From positions 1 through 33,673 of the forward strand of contig RGBY01000003.1 of NCBI GenBank assembly GCA_009919445.1: 33,673 nucleotides of DNA. The letters run 5' to 3'. This DNA comes from Planctomycetia bacterium. GTDB lineage: Bacteria; Planctomycetota; Planctomycetia; Pirellulales; UBA1268. Shown in pieces: positions 28,247 to 33,673 of the stretch. The position numbers were made by a program, and so were the translations under genes. Under the pieces are notes generated by a model. The model saw only the letters and a program-made list of their open reading frames with translations, was not told the origin of the DNA and did no database searches. Each line of letters begins with the position of its first letter. Position 1 is the stretch's first letter.

Positions 28247-29200
28247 TCAGCCGCTGGCATTGACCCAAAGGATCCAGGCGACCGGGGCGGCAAACAACAG
28301 AGAGTCGATCAGGTCGAGCACGCCCCCAAGACCGCCAAGCAGTCTGCCCGAGTCCTTCGTGCCGAGTTCTCGCTTGATGAGAGATTCCGCCAGATCACCT
28401 GCCATCCCGGCCAGACCGACGAGCAGGCCGAAGCCAACCCAGCCACCCAGCGGTTGGGCCGCCACGGCGAAGGCAGTCCCCTGGGAAGCAACCAGCACAA
28501 GCCATGCTGCAGCCAGTGAACCAGCCAGTGAACCGAAGGCTCCTTCCCAGGTCTTACCGGGGCTGAGCCGGGGTGCCAGCGGGATGCGGCCAATTGAGGC
28601 ACCAACAAGATAGGCAGCCACGTCGCCCAATTTGACGACAGCAATCAGGCTAAGCAACGGGACAATGCCAAGGTGGCCAGCGCCGGTCTGCTCAGGGCCA
28701 AGGTTTTCGACGTGCACCAGTCGTAGGCCGACCATGAATGCCATGGGAAGCCCAAGGTAAGTCAGCACGAGAACACCGGCCGACAGTCGCTCAAGTGCCT
28801 GGTCATCGGCACGCCCACCGGCAATTTCACGTCCGAAGAGCATGGCGACCGCAGCCGTAGCAGCCAGCGCAGCCCAACTCAGCGATGCCACCGGTGCGGT
28901 GACACCGGTGTCGGCCACCATCGCCTGGGTGCCCACGGCAACTGAGACAAAGATGGCAACCACACCGGCCCGCAGCAGCCCACCAGGCAATCGCAGGCCT
29001 CTGGCCCGATAGAGCGCGACAAGTTCATCGACGCCGCCAATGGCCAGAAGCATAAGGATCGGCAGGAGCCACCAGGCCGGGAGGCCCCCCAGAAACCCAG
29101 TGGCATCAGCCCAGGCCAGAGCCGCAAAACTGACCAGCAGGCCAGCCGAGGTGGCGGTCCGAGAGGCGAGGGTGGCAAAGGAATGGCGGCCAGCGGTCAT
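28247..29200 (-). CDS. cdsA: Phosphatidate cytidylyltransferase
   Basis: Polytopic membrane protein with GDVAAYLVG, LSPGKTWEG and GDLAESLIKRELGTKDSG..L.GLGGVLDLIDS. ATGA overlap with uppS. Confidence 0.94.
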   Translation of the reverse strand: MTAGRHSFATLASRTATSAGLLVSFAALAWADATGFLGGLPAWWLLPILMLLAIGGVDELVALYRARGLRLPGGLLRAGVVAIFVSVAVGTQAMVADTGVTAPVASLSWAALAATAAVAMLFGREIAGGRADDQALERLSAGVLVLTYLGLPMAFMVGLRLVHVENLGPEQTGAGHLGIVPLLSLIAVVKLGDVAAYLVGASIGRIPLAPRLSPGKTWEGAFGSLAGSLAAAWLVLVASQGTAFAVAAQPLGGWVGFGLLVGLAGMAGDLAESLIKRELGTKDSGRLLGGLGGVLDLIDSLLFAAPVAWILWVNASG

Positions 29201-29961
29201 AGAGAGGTCAGGCCTCCGAAGCGTCGTTCCCGAGACTGATAGGCAGCGATTGCCTGATCGAGGTGCGTGGTGGTGAATTCAGGCCAGGCAGCCGGTGTGA
29301 CCCAGAGTTCAGCGTAACTGATCTGCCAGAGGAGGAAGTTGCTGACCCGCATCTCACCGGCGGTTCGAATCAGCAGATCTGGGTCTGGCATACCGGCTGT
29401 TTCAAGGTGAGCGGCGAAGCTAGCCTCGTCAATCGTATCAGGTTCACGCTCTCCGGCGGCTACCTGCTGAGCCAGGCTGCGGGCAGCAGCAGCAATTTCA
29501 GCTCGTCCCCCGTAGTTGATGGCAAGACAGAGACGCATGCCGCTGTTTCCGGCACAGAGCGAGATGGTTTCATCAATGGCGGCCAGGGTCGCTGCCGGGA
29601 GCGGCGTCCGGTCGCCGATCATGGCGAGTTGAATCTGTTCCCGGAGGAGCAGGTCGCGCTCTTCGATCATGTACTGCTTCAGAAGCAGCATGAGGAAGTC
29701 GATTTCCTGCTGCGGACGCCGCCAGTTTTCGCTCGACAGGCAATAGAGGGTGAGCTGCTCGATGCCGAGTCTGGCTGCATGCTCAGTGACCTGACGAACA
29801 CTTGTGACCCCCTGTTGGTGGCCTTCGATGCGGGGAAGGTCACGCTGCTGGGCCCAGCGGCCGTTGCCATCCATGATGATGGCAATGTGCCGTGGCAAGA
29901 CGGCGGCAGAGCCGGTCGAACTGGTCTGGTGATGAGGCAGGTCTGCGGTGGAAGACTTCAC
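29197..29961 (-). CDS. uppS: Undecaprenyl diphosphate synthase (cis-isoprenyl transferase)
   Basis: Motifs PRHIAIIMDGNGRWA, SSENWRRP, NYGGR, PDLLIRTAGEMRVSNFLLWQ and RRFGG. GTG at 29961 forms a GTGA overlap with the purA stop; ATG 29997 is an alternative start. Confidence 0.96.
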   Translation of the reverse strand: MKSSTADLPHHQTSSTGSAAVLPRHIAIIMDGNGRWAQQRDLPRIEGHQQGVTSVRQVTEHAARLGIEQLTLYCLSSENWRRPQQEIDFLMLLLKQYMIEERDLLLREQIQLAMIGDRTPLPAATLAAIDETISLCAGNSGMRLCLAINYGGRAEIAAAARSLAQQVAAGEREPDTIDEASFAAHLETAGMPDPDLLIRTAGEMRVSNFLLWQISYAELWVTPAAWPEFTTTHLDQAIAAYQSRERRFGGLTSL

Positions 29962-31307
29962 ACCGTGGCCTGTTCCTGCTGCGGGTTTGGAGGGCATGGT
30001 GCGGTTGCCGGGAACCCTTCACGGAAAATGGTTTGCGCGCGATCGGGACCGACTGAGACAATTGACACAGGTCGGCCAAGAAGTTCTCCGATGCGATCGA
30101 TGTACCGCCGGGCATTGACGGGCAGGTCAGCCTCACGACGAACATCAGTGAGTTCCTCTGGCCAGCCAGGCAGGGTCTCATAAATGGGCTCTGCCTCTTG
30201 AAGATCTTCAATCTGACTGGGGAAGCGATCGACCACCTCTCCTCTGATGCGGTAGGCGGTGCAGATTTTCAGTTCCTCGAGCCCACCGAGCACGTCAAGG
30301 AGCATGACGGCCAGTTCATCAACACCGGAGAGCCGCGACGTGTATCGGGTGGCGACGGCATCAAACCAGCCACAGCGACGCGGGCGTTGGGTGACCGTGC
30401 CAAACTCACGGCCTCGCTGCCGTAGGTGTTCGCCGATGGCGTTGTCCTGTTCGGTGGGCAGGGGGCCACCGCCCACCCGGGTGGAATAAGCCTTGATCAC
30501 ACCGATGACCCGGTTGATCCACCTGCCCGGCACGCCAGACCCGCTGGCGACGCCGACTCCGGAGGAGTTGCTGCTGGTAACAAACGGAAAAGTGCCATGG
30601 TCGATATCGAGTAACGCGCCCTGGGCTCCCTCAAACAAGAGCGGCCGTCCAGTTTCGGCAGCATCAAGAAGGAAATTTGTGGTTTCTCCGACATAGTCTC
30701 GCAGCCGTTCGGCGTAGCCACAGTACTGCTGGAAAACGGCGTTTCGATCGAGGTCAAGTTTAGGCATCTCGCCTGGACGTGACGCCTCGAGGAACCGCTG
30801 TTTCACATCGAAGACATGATCGAACGTCTCGCGGAAGGTGGGGCGATAGAGGTCGCCCAGCCGAAAGGCCAGGGAGCGTCCCACCTTGTCCCGGTAGCAG
30901 GGGCCGATCCCCCGGCCTGTTGTTCCGATCGACTCTCCGCTGGAGAGGCTGCCGTTTAAGATCGCGTCTTCGGCCATGTGCCATGGAAAGACAACATGGG
31001 CCCGGTCGCTCAGCCGAAGTTTGCCAGCCACCGTCACGCCACGGCCTTCAAGCATGTCGATCTCACCGATCACGCTTGCCGGATCGAGCACGACGCCACC
31101 GGTGACCACGCAGGTGACGCCATCGCGGAGGATGCCGCTGGGAATCAGGGAGAGCTTCCAGGTCTCACCGCCGGAAACCACGGTGTGGCCAGCGTTTGCC
31201 CCACCCTGGTAGCGGACCACGATCTCGTGATCTTCGGTGAGGATGTCGACAAGTTTTCCCTTGGCTTCATCCCCCCACTGCAAACCGACAACGCAGGTAC
31301 CGGGCAC
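29958..31307 (-). CDS. purA: Adenylosuccinate synthetase
   Basis: Motifs GLQWGDEAKGK, RYQGGANAGHT, IGTTGRGIGPCY, FEGAQG, RVGGGP, EFGTVTQRPRRCGWFD and SVGPDR. Confidence 0.98.
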   Translation of the reverse strand: MPGTCVVGLQWGDEAKGKLVDILTEDHEIVVRYQGGANAGHTVVSGGETWKLSLIPSGILRDGVTCVVTGGVVLDPASVIGEIDMLEGRGVTVAGKLRLSDRAHVVFPWHMAEDAILNGSLSSGESIGTTGRGIGPCYRDKVGRSLAFRLGDLYRPTFRETFDHVFDVKQRFLEASRPGEMPKLDLDRNAVFQQYCGYAERLRDYVGETTNFLLDAAETGRPLLFEGAQGALLDIDHGTFPFVTSSNSSGVGVASGSGVPGRWINRVIGVIKAYSTRVGGGPLPTEQDNAIGEHLRQRGREFGTVTQRPRRCGWFDAVATRYTSRLSGVDELAVMLLDVLGGLEELKICTAYRIRGEVVDRFPSQIEDLQEAEPIYETLPGWPEELTDVRREADLPVNARRYIDRIGELLGRPVSIVSVGPDRAQTIFREGFPATAPCPPNPQQEQATV

Positions 31308-31572
31308 GTCGAGGCCCCTCTCTTCTTCAGAAGACGAATCATGCGGGGCGGTGACCGAACCGCCAAAACCATATGCCTGTTGAGTCTAAAACCAGCCGTT
31401 GGAGGGTCAAGCGGAGGCCGGCAGGACCGGCTGCCATGCCGGTCGGTGGTTCCTGTCGGGAATTCTGCGGCAGGCACTGGAGTGGGCGGCCCCGGGCGGT
31501 AGGATCGTGGGAGATGCGGCTGGCAGACCGGCTAGGCTGCCCCTCACCCCTCGCTGGGATGGTCCGAATACG

Positions 31573-32518
31573 ATGGCAAAACGCGGCACCGGGCAGGTCT
31601 TTCATGTGGCGGATGAGGCAGCTGGGCTGACGCTGGCAGCCTATCTGCGGCAGCAGATTCCAGAGACAAGCTGGGCGACTGCAGAAAAACTCGTGCGGGC
31701 CCGTCGCGTGACCATTCATGGCAATCTCTGTCGCGATGCTGCTCGGAGGCTGCAGGCGGGCGAGGTGGTCAAACTGCTCGACATTCCTGTTGCGGCCCCG
31801 CCCGGCCCCCGGGACGTGCACATCGTCTATCTCGACGAGTCCGTTGTGGTGGTCGACAAGCCCTCTGGCATCACCACCACGCGTCATCACGAAGAGGCAG
31901 GCTGGCCAAAGCGTCGGCGGCAGCTTCAGCCCACACTCGATGAGATGCTGCCGATCGTGATTGCCCGCTATCTCGACCGGGGCAAAAAAAAACGACCGCA
32001 CCCTGACCAGCCGACCGCGCCACGGCGGACGACGCCGGTACGGGCGGTGCATCGAATCGACCGTGAGACCAGCGGCCTCCTGGTCTTTGCCCGCACCGTT
32101 CCAGCCGGCCGCAGGCACAATCATCTCGCATCTCGTGCGTGACCGTGGGGATGGCCGTCGGGGCTCGTCGCCGGATGGCCACGGGAAACGGGCGGTGACG
32201 CATGTGCGACCGATTGAGCACTTTGGCGATGCCTACACCCTTGTTGAATGTCGGCTAGAAACCGGTCGGACCCATCAGATCAGAATTCATCTTGCCGAGA
32301 GCGGTCACCCAGTATGTGGCGAGCGGGTCTATTCGGCTCCCGCCAAAGTTGAGGCCGAGGATCGGTCCGGAGCCCGCCGAGTGGCCCTCCATGCTGCCGA
32401 ACTCGGGTTCATCCACCCGGTATCGGGTGAGATGGTGCAATACAGTTCGCCGCTACCGAACGATATTCGCAAATTGCTTGACCGGCTGGCGGCCAGCCAT
32501 GGGCGGCATGAAGCCTAA
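31573..32518 (+). pseudogene. RluA/RluD-family pseudouridine synthase, split by a frameshift with an apparent internal deletion near 32101-32107
   Basis: Frame A has an S4-like N-terminus, VVDKPSG and HRIDRETSGLLVFART, and stops at 32142. Frame B has AVTH, LETGRTHQIRIH, GHPVCGE and LHAAELGFIHP, and stops at 32518. The intervening KxYxAxVxG-type segment is absent from both frames. Confidence 0.85.
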
Positions 32519-32587
32519 ACATCAGGCCTAAAGGGGCCCGCCGCCACGGCTTGGGGCAATTCTGTTACGTTCGATAGCCTCGCTTCC

Positions 32588-33166
32588 ATGGGAATCGTGA
32601 GGGGAATAGTTGCCTGCCTGGGCCGGTTCATGATCGCGACCATTTTTCTGGTGAGCGCCCTGGGCAACAAGATCGTCAGATTCAATGCGGTGGCTGAGTT
32701 AATGGCAAGCAAGGGCATGCCGCAGACACCTGTCCTCGGCGTGCCAGCCCACAAGCTACTGCTTGTCGGGGCCATTGTGTTTCTGATTCTTGGTGGACTC
32801 TCTGTGGCAGTGGGCTACAAGGCCCGGGTCGGCAGCCTCATGCTGCTGATTTTTCTCGCAGCAGCGACCTTCTTCTTTCATGATTTCTGGAATGCTGAGG
32901 CTGAGCAGCAGCCAACTGAAATGATTCAGTTTTTGAAGAACCTTTCACTGGCGGGGACGATGCTGTTCCTCATTGCCAATGGAGCCGGGCCGGGCAGTCT
33001 CGATCAGCGGCAGGCAGGCAAACCGCGTTGTGCGGCACTGCCTCCCCAGGCCGATCAGCTGGCTAGCCTCGGCAGCCGAACACCACTGCCGGCAGATGGC
33101 GGTGGTACCGATCTGCCAACAAGCCAGACGCCTCCTGCCGACGCTGCTGCAGGGATGTCTTCCTGA
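32588..33166 (+). CDS. DoxX-family membrane protein
   Basis: LGRFMIATIF, about four TM segments, FFHDFW, FLKNLSLAG and GAGPGSLD, with a low-complexity C-terminal tail. Confidence 0.9.
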   Translation: MGIVRGIVACLGRFMIATIFLVSALGNKIVRFNAVAELMASKGMPQTPVLGVPAHKLLLVGAIVFLILGGLSVAVGYKARVGSLMLLIFLAAATFFFHDFWNAEAEQQPTEMIQFLKNLSLAGTMLFLIANGAGPGSLDQRQAGKPRCAALPPQADQLASLGSRTPLPADGGGTDLPTSQTPPADAAAGMSS

Positions 33167-33246
33167 GCGGCTCGGACTGGCATGCGGGCACCGAGCTCGT
33201 AGCGAAACAAGCAATCGGCCAATCGGCAAAAAACAGGCAGAAGAAG

Positions 33247-33317
33247 CTACCCGGCTAGGATTCGAACCTAGACAAAGGGAACCAAAATCCCTTGTGCTAC
33301 CGTTACACCACCGGGTA
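33247..33317 (-). tRNA. tRNA-Gln (anticodon UUG); CCA not encoded
   Basis: Minus-strand sequence TACCCGG TG GTGTAACGGTAGCAC A AGGGA-TTTTGGT-TCCCT TTGT CTAGG-TTCGAAT-CCTAG CCGGGTA G forms a full cloverleaf. Confidence 0.97.
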
Positions 33318-33327
33318 TCGCTCGCCG

Positions 33328-33333
33328 AGTATA
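33328..33333 (-). promoter_or_regulatory. Putative -10 element of the tRNA-Gln promoter
   Basis: TATACT on the minus strand, 10 nt upstream of the tRNA 5' end. No convincing -35 element. Confidence 0.45.
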
Positions 33334-33673
33334 GCGAGATTGCCCAGCCCTTGCGTCGGCTGCGTATGGCAGTCGTTTGGCCAGCCCCAGCCAAGTCGTC
33401 TGGAGGGCTTATCTCCGCAAACCAATCCCTTGCGGTCACTACAGATGATGGCAGCATTCCCCGTTCCTCGAAGCGCCGCTTGCGAAGGATCGGTTCCTCC
33501 GTTTTGGGCCGATTTCGCCCTAAACACGCCTAATAACAGCCGCAAGAAAAGAGCCTGCAGATTCGCCGGTGTCGTCAAGAAATGCAGAGAGACCTGAGAA
33601 ACTCAGGGGCTTGTCGCTCGTGTCATCTGGTTGATCCATGGCCCGATCAGCGGTCACCTGCGAACGAGGAGGG

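Noticed and set aside
29958-29997. 40-bp same-strand purA/uppS overlap
   Set aside because: It disappears if uppS starts at GTG 29961, which gives an ordinary GTGA coupling.
31984-31992. A9 run as a programmed frameshift site for the rluA gene
   Set aside because: The catalytic HRID motif lies downstream in the same frame, so shifting here would lose it. The break is at about 32101.
33167-33673. tRNA-Gln as an integration site, or small ORFs around it
   Set aside because: No integrase and no duplicated tRNA 3' end in the window. The overlapping ORFs cross the tRNA and lack motifs.

Overview
Gene-dense, GC-rich bacterial chromosome segment, most likely from a planctomycete. This is inferred from the DUF1592/DUF1552 cytochrome pair, a PAS-AraC regulator and a TrxB with insertions. 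Left to right: the 3' end of a DPM1-like glycosyltransferase, pfkA and acs. Next is an accessory block (3560-10931) containing a dihaem DUF1592 protein and a Tat-signal DUF1552 (HXXSHH) protein, convergent with a GntR regulator carrying two HTH domains and two Tat-signal, GH109-like Gfo/Idh/MocA paralogues. Then come an RlhA-like U32 protein, the PAS-AraC regulator, trxB, carA and nnrE. A long minus-strand run follows: purA-uppS-cdsA / phoH-7TM-HD-ybeY-corC-like-recO-BamD-like-lptE-folP-proA. The window ends with a broken RluA-family pseudouridine synthase gene, a DoxX gene and tRNA-Gln(UUG). I saw no CRISPR array, integrase, transposase or rRNA gene. The best candidate for an undescribed system is the exported redox/glycoside module at 3560-10931. 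All family assignments come from motif recognition by eye; no database searches were run.
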